Notes under the pieces: generated by a model
What the model saw: only the letters and a program-made list of their open reading frames with translations
Told to the model about the DNA's origin: nothing
Database searches by the model: none
Translations under genes and position numbers: made by a program
DNA from: an uncultured Kiritimatiellota bacterium
GTDB taxonomy: Bacteria > Verrucomicrobiota > Kiritimatiellia > RFP12 > DVOR01
Reading direction: 5' to 3'
Assembly (NCBI GenBank): GCA_944389565.1
Contig: CALXMV010000004.1
Location: 11,859 to 75,858, forward strand
DNA length: 64,000 nucleotides
Part shown: positions 18,627-28,804 of the stretch, piece by piece
Layout: every line of letters starts with the position of its first letter
Numbering within the stretch: the first letter of the stretch is position 1

Positions 18627-19691
18627 ATGGCCGATGCCAGCCTCGAACCCCTCTTCGCCCTGATGGCCGAGGCCGGCGCCTCCGACCTCCACTGGTGCGA
18701 GGGCGACGTCCCCCGCCTCCGCGTCCACGGCTTCCTCCGCCCCGCCGAGACGCCCGAGCCCCTCCGCGGCCAGCCCTTCGCCGAGCTCACCGCCCGCCTC
18801 ATCGGCCGCGGTAACCTCGACCGCCTCATGCAGGAACGCGAGTTCGACGCCGCCGCCACCATCCCCGGCGGCAAACGCATCCGCATCAACTGCTTCTTCA
18901 AGCGCGACCGCCTCGCCTGGGCCATCCGCCTCCTCCCCGACCGCTTCCTCACCTTCGAGGAGCTCGGGCTCCCCATCGCCTTCCTCCGGGGCATCGCCGA
19001 GATGCGCCAAGGGCTCGTCCTCGTCACCGGCGCCACCGGCAGCGGCAAGACCACCACCCTCGCCGCCATCCTCCACCAGATCAACCGCCACCGCCACGAG
19101 CACATCCTCACCATCGAGGACCCCATCGAGTACATCCACGAATCCGCCGCCTGCCTCGTCTCCCAGCGCGAGGTCGGCCACGACACCCACGGCTTCCACC
19201 ACGCCCTGCGCGCCGCCCTGCGCGAGGACCCCGACATCGTCCTCCTCGGCGAGATGCGCGACCGCGAAAGCATGGACGCCGCCCTCACCCTCGCCGAGAC
19301 CGGCCACCTCACCTTCGCCACCCTCCACACATCCGGCGCCGTCGAGACCGTCACCCGCGTCATCTCCGCCTTCGAGCCCGCCGAGCAGCCCCAGACCCGC
19401 GAGCGCCTCGCCGCCAACCTCAGGGTCGTCCTCACCCAGCGCCTCGTCCCCTGGGCCAACCGCGCCGGCCGCTCCCTCTGCGCCGAGATCATGGTCTCCA
19501 CCCCAGCCGTCCGCGCCCTCATCCGCGACGGCAAGGAACGCCAGCTCCTCTCCCTCCTCGAGACCGGCTCCGCCCAGGGCATGACCACCATGACCGCCTC
19601 CCTCGCCCAGCTCGTCCACCGCCGCGTCATCCCCCCCGAGGAGGCCCTCCGCCACGCCCCCGACCGCGAGGCTCTCCTCCGCGCCCTCTGA
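18627..19691 (+). CDS. pilT: twitching-motility/retraction ATPase (PilT family)
   Basis: 354 aa with Walker A GATGSGKTTTLAAIL and no N-terminal GSPII domain, matching PilT/PilU architecture. Confidence 0.8.
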   Translation: MADASLEPLFALMAEAGASDLHWCEGDVPRLRVHGFLRPAETPEPLRGQPFAELTARLIGRGNLDRLMQEREFDAAATIPGGKRIRINCFFKRDRLAWAIRLLPDRFLTFEELGLPIAFLRGIAEMRQGLVLVTGATGSGKTTTLAAILHQINRHRHEHILTIEDPIEYIHESAACLVSQREVGHDTHGFHHALRAALREDPDIVLLGEMRDRESMDAALTLAETGHLTFATLHTSGAVETVTRVISAFEPAEQPQTRERLAANLRVVLTQRLVPWANRAGRSLCAEIMVSTPAVRALIRDGKERQLLSLLETGSAQGMTTMTASLAQLVHRRVIPPEEALRHAPDREALLRAL

Positions 19692-19713
19692 GCCTCCGGG
19701 ACACGCGCGGGCC

Positions 19714-19736
19714 GTTGCGCTATAATAAGGCGCATG
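19714..19736 (+). promoter_or_regulatory. promoter-like motif ttGCGCTATAATAAGGCGCAtgg (member of a recurrent family, see findings)
   Basis: A -10-like TATAAT flanked by GCGC...GCGCA, ~95 nt upstream of the GT2 gene. Confidence 0.35.
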
Positions 19737-19831
19737 GAAAGCGCAAAGCCGATTTGTCCCATCGTGACGCCGTTCCGCCCGGGGCCGCGGGGCCCACGGG
19801 GCGGCGCGGCCACCCGCGCGCCTGTGAGGCC

Positions 19832-20767
19832 ATGACCATGCATCTGTCCGTGATCCTTCCTGCTCATGACGTCGCGCCCTTCCTGCCCGAGGCCTTGGCC
19901 ACGCTCCGCGCCCAGACCTTCGCCGATTGGGAATGCGTGGCGGTGGATGACGGCAGCGGCGACGCCTCCGGGCGGATCCTCGACGAGACGGCGCGCGCCG
20001 AGCCCCGCCTCCGCGTCGTCCACCAGCCCAATGCCGGCGTCGGCGCCGCGCGCAACCGCGCCATCGCCCGCGCGACAGGCACGGCCGTCTGTTTTCTGGA
20101 CGGCGACGACACGGTCGCACCCGACTGGCTCGCCATGATCGCCTCGCACATCGGGGATGTCGACCTGCTTCACTTCGGGGGGCGCGCCCCCGAGCGGGAA
20201 TTGCGCACCCGCGAGGCCATCGCCGCATGGGGGTGGGCGACCTTCGTGACCGATGGCTACACCTGCAAGAACGCCGTCCGCGCGAGCCTCGCCAAGCGCC
20301 ATCCCTTCCCGGTCGGCATCCCCCGCAAGGAGGACACCCTCTGGGCGCTCGGCCTGCTCCCCGCGCTCGGGGCCGTCCGTGCCGTCACCGCGTGCCCCTA
20401 CGTCTATCGGCAGCGGGAAGGCTCCGCGGTTCATTCGTTCTACGCCGCCGCCGACGCCCTCGCGCTCATCCGCGCCATCGGGCGGCTCCCCGGCGAGGAC
20501 ACGCGGATTCGCCGCGCGCGGACGGCGTTCGTCTGCTACGCCATCTGCGACTGGGTCGCCCGCGGCGACCCGCGCGACCCCGCCGCAGGCGGGCTCCTGG
20601 CCGCAGTCCGCGCGTTTCGCGAGGCAGGGCTGATTGCCCCCGGGAGCCTGGCGCCGCAATGGCGCGTCGCCTTTAGCGTTTGGCTCCGGGGCGGCTCGGT
20701 CTGGGGTTACCGTCTTTGCCTCTTCCTCATCCGGATGCGCGCGCGGCTTCTCACGCGCGGCGGATGA
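19832..20767 (+). CDS. glycosyltransferase family 2
   Basis: MTMHLSVILPAHDVAPFLPEALATLRAQTFADWECVAVDDGSGD... DGDD motif. Confidence 0.7.
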   Translation: MTMHLSVILPAHDVAPFLPEALATLRAQTFADWECVAVDDGSGDASGRILDETARAEPRLRVVHQPNAGVGAARNRAIARATGTAVCFLDGDDTVAPDWLAMIASHIGDVDLLHFGGRAPERELRTREAIAAWGWATFVTDGYTCKNAVRASLAKRHPFPVGIPRKEDTLWALGLLPALGAVRAVTACPYVYRQREGSAVHSFYAAADALALIRAIGRLPGEDTRIRRARTAFVCYAICDWVARGDPRDPAAGGLLAAVRAFREAGLIAPGSLAPQWRVAFSVWLRGGSVWGYRLCLFLIRMRARLLTRGG

Positions 20768-20783
20768 GCCGCCCGGGGCGTCT

Positions 20784-21497
20784 TCAGGAGGCGGAGGCGA
20801 ACCAGCGGGCGAGGTCGGCGAGGGCACGGGCACGGTGGGGGGCGCCCTCGGGACGGGAGAGGAAGATGTGGCGGGCGCCGGGGTAGCGGATCTGCTCGGC
20901 GCCGAAGCGGGCGGCAAGGGCGGTCTGCTGGTCGGCGAGGATGTCGTCCTCGGCGGTGAGGAGGAGGGTCGGGGGGAGGCGGTCGAGCTGTTCGAGGGGG
21001 CTGGCGGCGTAGCGGGTGGGGAGGTCGGGGCAGTAGCGCGCGATGAAGTGATCCATGAGGCGCGGGGAGAGGGGCCAGTCTTTGCGATGGGCGGCCCAGG
21101 AGCCGGCGTCTCGGACGGGGAGGAGGGTGGTGACGGCGTAGACGAAGGCGGCACGGGGGGGCAGGGGCGCGGCGGGAAGGGCGCAGAGGGCGAGGTGCGC
21201 ACCGGCGGAGTCGCCGCCGAGGAAGCAGGGCTCGGGGAGGGTGGTCCGGGCGTGGCGCCAGAAGGCGGCGCACCAGGCGTTGGGGGCGGGATAGGGGTCG
21301 AGGGGGTAGTCGGGGAGGATGAGGGCGAGGCCGGTGGCGGCGGCGAGGTCGCGCCCCCAGGCGAGGGCGTCGGGGCCGAGGCCGAGCATCCAGCCGCCGC
21401 CATGGAACCAGACGAGCGCGCCGCGCGGGCGTTCGGGGGCGAGGGTGCGGACGGGGCTGCCCCGGAAGATGGCGAGGGTCTCGGCGATCGTCGTCAT
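20784..21497 (-). CDS. alpha/beta hydrolase (esterase/lipase, Aes/HSL-like)
   Basis: HGGGW oxyanion motif and nucleophile elbow GDSAG. Confidence 0.75.
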   Translation of the reverse strand: MTTIAETLAIFRGSPVRTLAPERPRGALVWFHGGGWMLGLGPDALAWGRDLAAATGLALILPDYPLDPYPAPNAWCAAFWRHARTTLPEPCFLGGDSAGAHLALCALPAAPLPPRAAFVYAVTTLLPVRDAGSWAAHRKDWPLSPRLMDHFIARYCPDLPTRYAASPLEQLDRLPPTLLLTAEDDILADQQTALAARFGAEQIRYPGARHIFLSRPEGAPHRARALADLARWFASAS

Positions 21498-22102
21498 GGG
21501 ATGCCGGCGAGTTTGTGGGTTTGGAGGGAGAGTCGCCAGGGGGGGGAGGGGGCGTCGGCGTTGAGGCGGCCGAGAAGGGCGATGGCCTCGCGGACGCGGA
21601 GGCGGGTGCCGTCGTCGCAGGGGGAGAGGTAATGGTCGGCGGCGGGGAGGCGGGCGCGGATGGCACGGGCGGCCTCGGGGGTGAGGGCGTCGTCGACGAC
21701 GAGGCGGATCTCGTCGGCGCGGGAGAGGGCGATGGGGGCGCCGACCTTAGGGCTGGCGGCGACGTAGTCGAGGGCGGCGCGGAGGGCGGGGGGCGGCTCG
21801 ATGGTGGCGTTGGTCTCGATGGCCACCCAGAGGCCGCGGGCGTGGAGGGCCTGGGCGAGCTCGGTGAGGGCGTCGGCCTGGAGGAGGGGTTCGCCGCCGG
21901 TGAGGATGACGTTGGGGCAGGCGAAGTCGGCGATGCGGTCGAGGAGGGCGGGGGTCTTGAGGGAGAGGCGGGGGGCGTGGTCGGTGTCGCACCACGGGCA
22001 GGCGAGGTTGCAGCCGGCGTAGCGGACGAAGACGCAGGGGCGGCCGGTGTTGCGGCCCTCGCCTTGGAGGCTCCGGAAGATCTCGTGGAGGCGGTGGGTC
22101 AT
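21494..22102 (-). CDS. queE: 7-carboxy-7-deazaguanine synthase (radical SAM)
   Basis: MTHRLHEIFRSLQGEG...CVFVRYAGCNLACPWCDT. 202 aa. Confidence 0.8.
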   Translation of the reverse strand: MTHRLHEIFRSLQGEGRNTGRPCVFVRYAGCNLACPWCDTDHAPRLSLKTPALLDRIADFACPNVILTGGEPLLQADALTELAQALHARGLWVAIETNATIEPPPALRAALDYVAASPKVGAPIALSRADEIRLVVDDALTPEAARAIRARLPAADHYLSPCDDGTRLRVREAIALLGRLNADAPSPPWRLSLQTHKLAGIP

Positions 22103-22112
22103 GGGGCGCGGG

Positions 22113-22574
22113 TCAGAAGACCCAGAACTTGGCGATGAAATAGTTGAGGAGGACCTCGATGACGGTGACGACGAGGTTGATGGCCTCGGGCCACCAGCCG
22201 TACTCGGACTTGACGCGCTCGCGGTCGGTGAGGTCCCACCCGAGCGCCTTGTCGATGACCAGCCACATGAGCGCGACGGTGAGGACGGCGGTGCCGATGC
22301 GCGAGGCGTAGCACTTCCAGGCCGATTCCCAGAAGCCGCTCGCGGTGCCGGCGAAGGCCAGCCAGCGCATGAGCAGGAAGGCGACGGTGGCGGCGGCGAA
22401 CCACGAGAGGCTCTTGCTCCAGACGTTGCTGAGGCGGAGGCGCCGGAAGCAGAGCGAGTAGCCGACGAAGCTGACGACGGTGGCGCAACCGCCCGCGAAG
22501 AGATACCAGAAGAGCTCCCAGAAAAGCGCCGGGTCGATGAAGTGGGCGACAAGGGCGTCGAGGGCGTCGGTCAT
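22113..22574 (-). CDS. GtrA-family membrane protein (polysaccharide synthesis/flippase-associated)
   Basis: 153 aa with 4 TM helices and GtrA-like sequence. Confidence 0.6.
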   Translation of the reverse strand: MTDALDALVAHFIDPALFWELFWYLFAGGCATVVSFVGYSLCFRRLRLSNVWSKSLSWFAAATVAFLLMRWLAFAGTASGFWESAWKCYASRIGTAVLTVALMWLVIDKALGWDLTDRERVKSEYGWWPEAINLVVTVIEVLLNYFIAKFWVF

Positions 22575-22603
22575 GGCATGTCTCGCGGGCGGCGCGCGGC
22601 GGG

Positions 22604-23800
22604 TCAGTCGGCCTGGATGAGGTTGAGGGGGCCGTCCTTGAGGAGCTCGCGGCAGAGCTGCCAGCACTCATACTGCATCCGCGGCACATGGAAGAGCCCC
22701 TTGTAGAGGTTGCCCTTGATGTCGGAGCAGACGCGACCGTCGCGGGAGAGGTAGCCGAACCAGTCGCCGAACTCCTTGTCGGGGAAGTGGGCGTGGGTCC
22801 AGTCGTGGGCGAGGGTGTGCATCCGGGCGTACTTCTCGGCGCCGGTGAGCTGGTAGGCCAGGAGGGTGGCGATGCAGACCTCGTTGTGGGGCCACCAGAA
22901 CTTCATGTCCTGCCAGTATTCGCTGACGGGGTGGCCGTAGACGTCGCGATAGTAGAGGATGCCGCCATACTCCTTGTCCCAGCCGCGCTCCCACGACCAG
23001 TCGAGCATGTCCAGGCCGATGCGCATATAGTCGGTGCGGCCGCGGCGCTTGCCCTCCTTCATGATGAACCAGGCGCCTTCGATGGCGTGGCCGGGATTGA
23101 GCGTGCGCGCGTCGATGTGGTCGATGATCTGCCCCTCGGGGGAGACGGTCTCCATGACGCAACGAATCTCGGGCTTGAGGTGGTACTTGACGATGTCGGC
23201 GATGGCCTGGTCGATGCGGGCGTCGGCCTCCTCGTAGCCGATGCTCTCGCGGAGGCGCTGGCAGGTGGAGATGTTGATCATCGGGTGGCCGAGGCCGCGG
23301 GTGGGACGCACGTCGGTGAACTTCGGCGGGAAGTCGACGTGGTCACCGTAGATCTTGTAGGTCTTGCGGGCGAGGTCGGCGTACTCGTCGGAGCCGGTGA
23401 GGCGGGCATATTCGCCGTAGGCGATGCACGCGAAGCTCTCGGAGAAGGCGTAGCGGCGCTTGCGGATGGGCTCGCCGCGGCGCGTCATGTGAAAAAACAT
23501 ACGGCCGTCGGCGGGGTCGTAGCAGTATTTGCGGAGAAACTCCAGGGTGCCCTTGACGGCGGCCTCCCACTCCGGGCGGCGCTCGACGTGGTTGCAGAGG
23601 AAGCCGAGCGTCCAGGCGAAGCGCCCCTGCTGCCAGACGCCCTTGTCGTCGTCGATCCGGCGGCCCTGGCGGTCGACGCCGGTCATGATGCCGCCATATT
23701 CCTTGTCGAGGCCGTGCTCCATCCAGAAGGGCACGGTGTCGCAGAGCAGGCCGTCGTGGTAGACGGCCTCGAGTTTCTGCAGGCGTTCGGTGCTGAGCAT
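22604..23800 (-). CDS. N-acylglucosamine 2-epimerase (AGE) family protein
   Basis: 398 aa with six-hairpin AGE motifs (YGGI..., WWPHNE). Confidence 0.7.
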   Translation of the reverse strand: MLSTERLQKLEAVYHDGLLCDTVPFWMEHGLDKEYGGIMTGVDRQGRRIDDDKGVWQQGRFAWTLGFLCNHVERRPEWEAAVKGTLEFLRKYCYDPADGRMFFHMTRRGEPIRKRRYAFSESFACIAYGEYARLTGSDEYADLARKTYKIYGDHVDFPPKFTDVRPTRGLGHPMINISTCQRLRESIGYEEADARIDQAIADIVKYHLKPEIRCVMETVSPEGQIIDHIDARTLNPGHAIEGAWFIMKEGKRRGRTDYMRIGLDMLDWSWERGWDKEYGGILYYRDVYGHPVSEYWQDMKFWWPHNEVCIATLLAYQLTGAEKYARMHTLAHDWTHAHFPDKEFGDWFGYLSRDGRVCSDIKGNLYKGLFHVPRMQYECWQLCRELLKDGPLNLIQAD

Positions 23801-23814
23801 GGGTGCGCCTCCTC

Positions 23815-24705
23815 TCACTCGGCCAGGATGGCGGCGACGGTGTCGGCGCATTCCCGGCGTTGCTCGGGGGTGAGATTGGTGAGCGGGGGGCGGACGGTCG
23901 GCATGTCGAGGCCATGGATGGCCATCATGGCCTTGCCGGCGACGACGCCGCCGTATTTCACCAGGAGGTCGACGATGCGGCAGACCTTGGCCATGCCGCG
24001 GTCGATGGCGGCCTGGTCGCCCTGGCGGTAGGCCTCCCAGATGCCGTAGTAGAGGGGGGCGGCGTAGTTGTAGGTCGAGCCGATGGCGGACTTCGCGCCG
24101 CAGGCGAGGGCGCCGGCGAACCACTCGTCGATGCCCCAGGTGATGTCGTACTTCCCGCCGCAGGCGCGCAGGCAGCGCTGGAACATGTAGAGGTCGGGGT
24201 AGTTGAACTTGATGCCGGCGAGCTGCGGGATGCGGCCGTCGGCCTTGAGGAGGAACTGCTCCATGTCGAAGTTCACGCCGCTCATGCCGGTGTGGTAGTA
24301 ATAGAAGGGCAGGTCGGGGGCGGCCACGAGCACGGCGTTCAGGTCGTCGATCAGCGCGTCGACGCTCCCGGGGCGGAAGAAGTTGGGCGGCACGATGCTG
24401 GTGGCGCCCATGCCGATCTCCTGGGCGTAGGCGGCGAGCTCACGGGCGTCGACCACCGAGAGCGCGCCCACGTGGGCGATCAGGAAGAGCCTGCCCTCGG
24501 CGGCGTCCACCCACGCCTTCATCACCTGCTTGCGCTCGTCCACCGAGCAGCAGATGCCCTCGCCGGTGGTGCCGCAGACGTACGCGCCGATGACCTTCTG
24601 CTTCAGCAACGTCTCGACCTGCTTGGGGATCAGGTCCAGGTTCACCTTCCCGTCCGCCGTGAAGGGGGTGTGCGGCGCGGCGATCAATCCTTCCAACTTC
24701 TTCAT
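23815..24705 (-). CDS. DapA/NanA-family lyase (N-acetylneuraminate lyase-like)
   Basis: 296 aa DHDPS/NAL family member (GTTGEG motif). Paired with the AGE epimerase, suggesting sialic-acid catabolism. A TATAAT-like -10 lies upstream at ~24745. Confidence 0.7.
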   Translation of the reverse strand: MKKLEGLIAAPHTPFTADGKVNLDLIPKQVETLLKQKVIGAYVCGTTGEGICCSVDERKQVMKAWVDAAEGRLFLIAHVGALSVVDARELAAYAQEIGMGATSIVPPNFFRPGSVDALIDDLNAVLVAAPDLPFYYYHTGMSGVNFDMEQFLLKADGRIPQLAGIKFNYPDLYMFQRCLRACGGKYDITWGIDEWFAGALACGAKSAIGSTYNYAAPLYYGIWEAYRQGDQAAIDRGMAKVCRIVDLLVKYGGVVAGKAMMAIHGLDMPTVRPPLTNLTPEQRRECADTVAAILAE

Positions 24706-24797
24706 CTCTCTGTCCTCTCTGGCCGAAGGGCCATACGATCCGTAAAGTCAGCGAACGCGGGCATTATACGTCTTTTCCGCGGGCGCGCGCAAGCCGC

Positions 24798-26759
24798 TCA
24801 GAGATCCACGTAGTCGAGCAGCTGCCGGGCGAGGGCGTGGGCGTTCACGGCGTCGAGCCGCCCGAGCACGCACTTCCACCGCCACGCGATCGAGCCGTTG
24901 CGGTCCAGGGGGCGGTCGCGGAAAAGGCTGTCGAAGCCCTGCCGCCGCTCGCGGTAGACGCGCTGGATGCGCGCGAGCTCATCCTCGAAGCTCTCGGCGA
25001 AGATCCGCGCGATGGCCTCGAAGTCCGGGCAGAGGTGCTTGCGGCGGTTGAGCGCGGCGGCATAGTCGGCGATGGTGTCGGCGTAAGGGCGGTCGTAATT
25101 GACGAACGAGCCGGTGGGCTCGGAGAGGATGAGCCCCTGCGGCAGGCCGAACTGGTCGAGCTGGATCACCTCGTCGCCGTCGTCGAAGATGGTCTTGCCG
25201 CCCTCCACCGCCGCGCGGCCGACGATGATGTTGGGCGCGGCCGCCTGCCCGAGCAGGCGCATGAAGGCCTGGCGGAAGGCCGGCGAGGCGTAGAGGTTCT
25301 CCGGCACCTTGTCCGTGGCGTAGCCGGAGATGTAGTCGCGCTCGAAATAGCCGGTCCAGACGTTGTGGACGGCGCCGTCGCGGTCGCGCACGGTCTCGCG
25401 GAAGGTGCGCGGCACCATCAGCGGCGGCAGGTGCATCCCGAGCTGGCGCGCGCCGAGGCGCCGGTCCATCACGTAATCGGTGTAGTCCTCCGCGTCGATG
25501 ATCGCCTGGAGCAGGGGGCGCCCCGCGGCGAGGTGCGAGGCCACCGTCCAGCGCTGGATGCGGATGATCTTGACCTGCGTGCTCTTCTTGTGCCGCTCCT
25601 TGAGCTCGACGATGTAGACGAAGGCGCGCGGCCCCTGCCCCGTGCGGTTCGAGAGCGACCGCCGCGTGCGCCCGATGTTCACGTACTCGATCTGCGAGTA
25701 CTCGCGCACGTAATTGAAGAGGATGGCCCGCGCGCGATGGTCGCAGAGGCGCCGGAGCTGCGCGTCGTCGGGGTGGTCGTCGGCCTCGTTGAAGATCGGG
25801 TCGAAGAAGAGCTCCCCCTCCTCCACGCGCCCGCCGGGCAGCCACTCGATCTGCATGAAATACTCCGGCGAGAGCCCCTCGATCACCGACGAGACGCCCG
25901 TCTCGTTGGATTGCTCCACGAGCGCGGAGGAGAGCGCCTTGCGCCAGCCCGGGTCGTCGATGTCGTCCTCCCGCAGGCAGGGGTCGGTCACCGCCGCGTC
26001 AAAGGCCGCGAGCAACCGCGCGTAGGCCTCGCGCAGCTCCTCCTCCGGCAGGAGCGCGAAGTCGATGTCCTTCAGGAGCGCCACGGGCAGGGCGCCCTTC
26101 GGCAGGAAATCGATCTCCGGGTTGGCGAAACGGTTCGTCCGCGCCGCGTTCAGCCGGATCTCCGTGAGCAGCGCCCGCAGCTCGTCCGTCGGCAGCGCCC
26201 CCAACGCGCGGAAGGTCCCCAGCGTCAGGAAGCGCGTGCCCGTCAGATGGTTGTAATAATAGATCGCCCGGCCGTCGATGCCCACCCGCGCGTTCTCGAT
26301 GAGCGTGCGGATCTCCTCCTCGAAGCGCGGCACCGGCGCCATCCGCCACGCCTCGCCCCGCCGGCGCAGCGCGTCGCGCACCTGCCGGCTCTGGATGTTC
26401 AGGTAGCGGATCTTGCGCTTCGAGACGAACCGCTGCAGGAACTCGTCGCCCCGGATGGCCAGCGCCATGTTGTCCGGGTCGGGGCGGATGAGCGCGTACT
26501 GGTCGTCGAAAAGCAGGTCCACGCTCTCGGCGATCTCGAGCTGCTCCTCCTTGGCCGTCATCGGCGGGAGGCCCTTCGCCTTCCGCCGCCGGTTCACCTC
26601 CGCGATGAACGCCAGGCGCTGCATCGCGTGGATCCCCCGCATCGTCACCAGGCCAGGCGTCCGCAGGAAGACCGTCCCGATTCGCGTCTCCAGCGCGCCC
26701 TTCGCGTCGCGCGCGAAGATCTCCGGCCCCAGCCGGATGACCTCCTCCCCGCCGCTCAT
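24798..26759 (-). CDS. large cytoplasmic protein, tentatively isocitrate dehydrogenase kinase/phosphatase (AceK)-like
   Basis: 653 aa, ATGA-coupled to folD. Short local similarities to AceK remembered from E. coli: [14 protein letters not shown] and SEP. This is a family-level guess only. Confidence 0.4.
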   Translation of the reverse strand: MSGGEEVIRLGPEIFARDAKGALETRIGTVFLRTPGLVTMRGIHAMQRLAFIAEVNRRRKAKGLPPMTAKEEQLEIAESVDLLFDDQYALIRPDPDNMALAIRGDEFLQRFVSKRKIRYLNIQSRQVRDALRRRGEAWRMAPVPRFEEEIRTLIENARVGIDGRAIYYYNHLTGTRFLTLGTFRALGALPTDELRALLTEIRLNAARTNRFANPEIDFLPKGALPVALLKDIDFALLPEEELREAYARLLAAFDAAVTDPCLREDDIDDPGWRKALSSALVEQSNETGVSSVIEGLSPEYFMQIEWLPGGRVEEGELFFDPIFNEADDHPDDAQLRRLCDHRARAILFNYVREYSQIEYVNIGRTRRSLSNRTGQGPRAFVYIVELKERHKKSTQVKIIRIQRWTVASHLAAGRPLLQAIIDAEDYTDYVMDRRLGARQLGMHLPPLMVPRTFRETVRDRDGAVHNVWTGYFERDYISGYATDKVPENLYASPAFRQAFMRLLGQAAAPNIIVGRAAVEGGKTIFDDGDEVIQLDQFGLPQGLILSEPTGSFVNYDRPYADTIADYAAALNRRKHLCPDFEAIARIFAESFEDELARIQRVYRERRQGFDSLFRDRPLDRNGSIAWRWKCVLGRLDAVNAHALARQLLDYVDL

Positions 26760-27649
26760 TCCGCCACCCCCGCGGCCCGCTCCGCCGCGCGCAACGTGTT
26801 CTCCAGCAGCATCGCGATCGTCATCGGCCCCACCCCGCCCGGCACCGGCGTGATCGCCCCGGCCACCTGGGCCACCCCCTCGAAGTCGCAATCCCCGCGC
26901 AGGCGGTAGCCCCGCCTCGCCGAGGCGTCAGGCACGCGGTTGACCCCCACGTCGATCACCGTCGCCCCGGGCTTCACCATCTCCGCCGTCACCGTCCCCG
27001 GGCGCCCCGTCGCCACCACCAGGATATCCGCCTGCCGCGTGAAACGCCCCAGATCCGGCGTCGCCGAATGGCAGAAGGTCACCGTCGCGTCGCCGTCGGG
27101 CGCCTTCCGCGAGAGCAGGTTCGCCAACGGCCGCCCCACGATCGCGCTCCGCCCCACCACCACCGCGTGCGCCCCGCGCGTCCGCGCCCCCGCCCGCTCC
27201 AGCAGGCGCAGGACCCCATGCGGCGTGCACGGCAGGAAGCACGGCTGCCCCAGGATCATCCGCCCCACGTTCACCGGCGTAAACCCGTCCACGTCCTTCT
27301 CCGGCGCGATTGCCGCGATCACCGCGTCCGTGTCCAACCCCCGCGGCAACGGCAGCTGCACCAGGATCCCATGCACCTCCGGGTCCGCGTTCAGCCGCGC
27401 GATGACCGCCAGCAGCTCCTCCTGCCCCGTTCCCTCCGGCAGGCGCACGTCCACCGAACGCATCCCCGCCTCCGCCAACGCCCGCTCCTTCGCCGTCACA
27501 TAGCTCACCGACGCGGGATCCTCCCCCACCAGCACCACCCCCAGCCCAGGCGTCACCCCCGTCCGCGCACGCAACGCCCCCACCCCCGCGCGGACCCGCT
27601 CACGCGTCTCCGCCGCCAAAGCCTTGCCGTCGATCACCGTCGCACTCAT
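26756..27649 (-). CDS. folD: bifunctional methylenetetrahydrofolate dehydrogenase/cyclohydrolase
   Basis: [19 protein letters not shown]... 297 aa. Confidence 0.85.
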   Translation of the reverse strand: MSATVIDGKALAAETRERVRAGVGALRARTGVTPGLGVVLVGEDPASVSYVTAKERALAEAGMRSVDVRLPEGTGQEELLAVIARLNADPEVHGILVQLPLPRGLDTDAVIAAIAPEKDVDGFTPVNVGRMILGQPCFLPCTPHGVLRLLERAGARTRGAHAVVVGRSAIVGRPLANLLSRKAPDGDATVTFCHSATPDLGRFTRQADILVVATGRPGTVTAEMVKPGATVIDVGVNRVPDASARRGYRLRGDCDFEGVAQVAGAITPVPGGVGPMTIAMLLENTLRAAERAAGVAE

Positions 27650-27667
27650 AACGCATCCTTTCCGATT

Positions 27668-27772
27668 TCACCCCTAAGGTACCACATTCCACCCCCGCCA
27701 CGCAAGCAGCCCGCCCCCAAGGGACCGAACCCCTTAGGGTTTCGGGTCGGACCCTCCCGACCTTCGGGCCGC
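27668..27772. repeat. REP-like intergenic repeat, locus B (opposite orientation)
   Basis: cccctaaggtacc...gggaccgaaccccttagggtttcgggtcggaccctcccgaccttcgggcc. Confidence 0.55.
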
Positions 27773-27870
27773 CCATCAGATGGCGTCCCTCACCCGCCAC
27801 GCAAGCATCCGGGGCACCTCATGGGAAAGCAATCGGCACGGCAGCACCGCGTGCCGCAGGCAGAACGCCC

Positions 27871-28734
27871 TCATCGCGCGCCCGACTCCAGACGGCGGCG
27901 GAGGGTTTGGAGGAGGTCCTCGGGGGTGGAGGCCCCGGAGGTGAGCCCCAGGACGGAGACGCCGCCCAGGTCGAGCGACGCGAGGTCGTCGGGCGAGGCG
28001 ACCAGGTCGGCGGGCGTGCCGGCGCCCCGGGCGACCTCGGCGAGACGGAGCGAATTGGAGGAATTGCGCGAGCCGAGCACCAGGATGCGGTCGCACCGCG
28101 CGGCGAGGGCGCGCACGGCGTCCTGCCGTTGGCAGGTGGCGGTGCAAATGTCGCGGGCGTCGGGCAGGACGGGCTCCAGCCCGGCGGCGCGGAGCTCGCC
28201 CACACGCGCGGCCACCATCTCCCGCGAGACGGTCGTCTGCGAGAGCACCCCCACCTCCCGCGCGTCGGGCCAGGCCTCCCGGAGGGCCGCCACGTCGGCC
28301 GCCGTCTCCACCACCCGAATCCGCTCCGGCGCCTCGCCCAGCACCCCGACCACCTCGTCATGCCCCTTGTGCCCCACCAAGGCGATGGGCAGCCCCCGCG
28401 CGGCGAAGGCCAAGGCCTCGCGGTGGACCTTGGCCACGAAGGGGCAGGTCGCGTCGACCACCTCCAGTCCCCGCGCCTCCGCCAGGCGCCGCACCCCCGG
28501 GGCGACGCCATGCGCCGAGAAGAGCACCCGGCCGCCCGGCGGCACCGCCGCCAGGTCGTCCACGAACCGTGCCCCGCGCGCCCGAAGCCGGGCCACCACG
28601 TGCTCGTTGTGCACCAGCTCATGGAAGCACCACAGCGTCTCGCCAGGGTGCCCGGCGAGCGTCTCCTCGGCGATGCGCAACGCACGCGCCACGCCGCTGC
28701 ACATGCCATGCGGCTCCGCGACCAGAATCTTCAT
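27871..28734 (-). CDS. ispH: 4-hydroxy-3-methylbut-2-enyl diphosphate reductase
   Basis: MKILVAEPHGMCSGVARAL... 287 aa. Confidence 0.85.
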   Translation of the reverse strand: MKILVAEPHGMCSGVARALRIAEETLAGHPGETLWCFHELVHNEHVVARLRARGARFVDDLAAVPPGGRVLFSAHGVAPGVRRLAEARGLEVVDATCPFVAKVHREALAFAARGLPIALVGHKGHDEVVGVLGEAPERIRVVETAADVAALREAWPDAREVGVLSQTTVSREMVAARVGELRAAGLEPVLPDARDICTATCQRQDAVRALAARCDRILVLGSRNSSNSLRLAEVARGAGTPADLVASPDDLASLDLGGVSVLGLTSGASTPEDLLQTLRRRLESGAR

Positions 28735-28804
28735 GCCGTCAGTGTACCATATTTCCCGGCCTCAGGCGATCCGTCCGCCAGCCCTGCGGGAACAGGGTTG
28801 GTCT

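Noticed and set aside
17393-21403. 1336-aa minus-strand ORF
   Set aside because: Antisense to the secretin, PilT, GT2 and esterase genes. Gly/Ala/Glu-rich low complexity, a GC artefact.
22047-22706. 219-aa plus-strand ORF overlapping queE/gtrA
   Set aside because: Antisense to GtrA. Acidic low complexity with no motifs.
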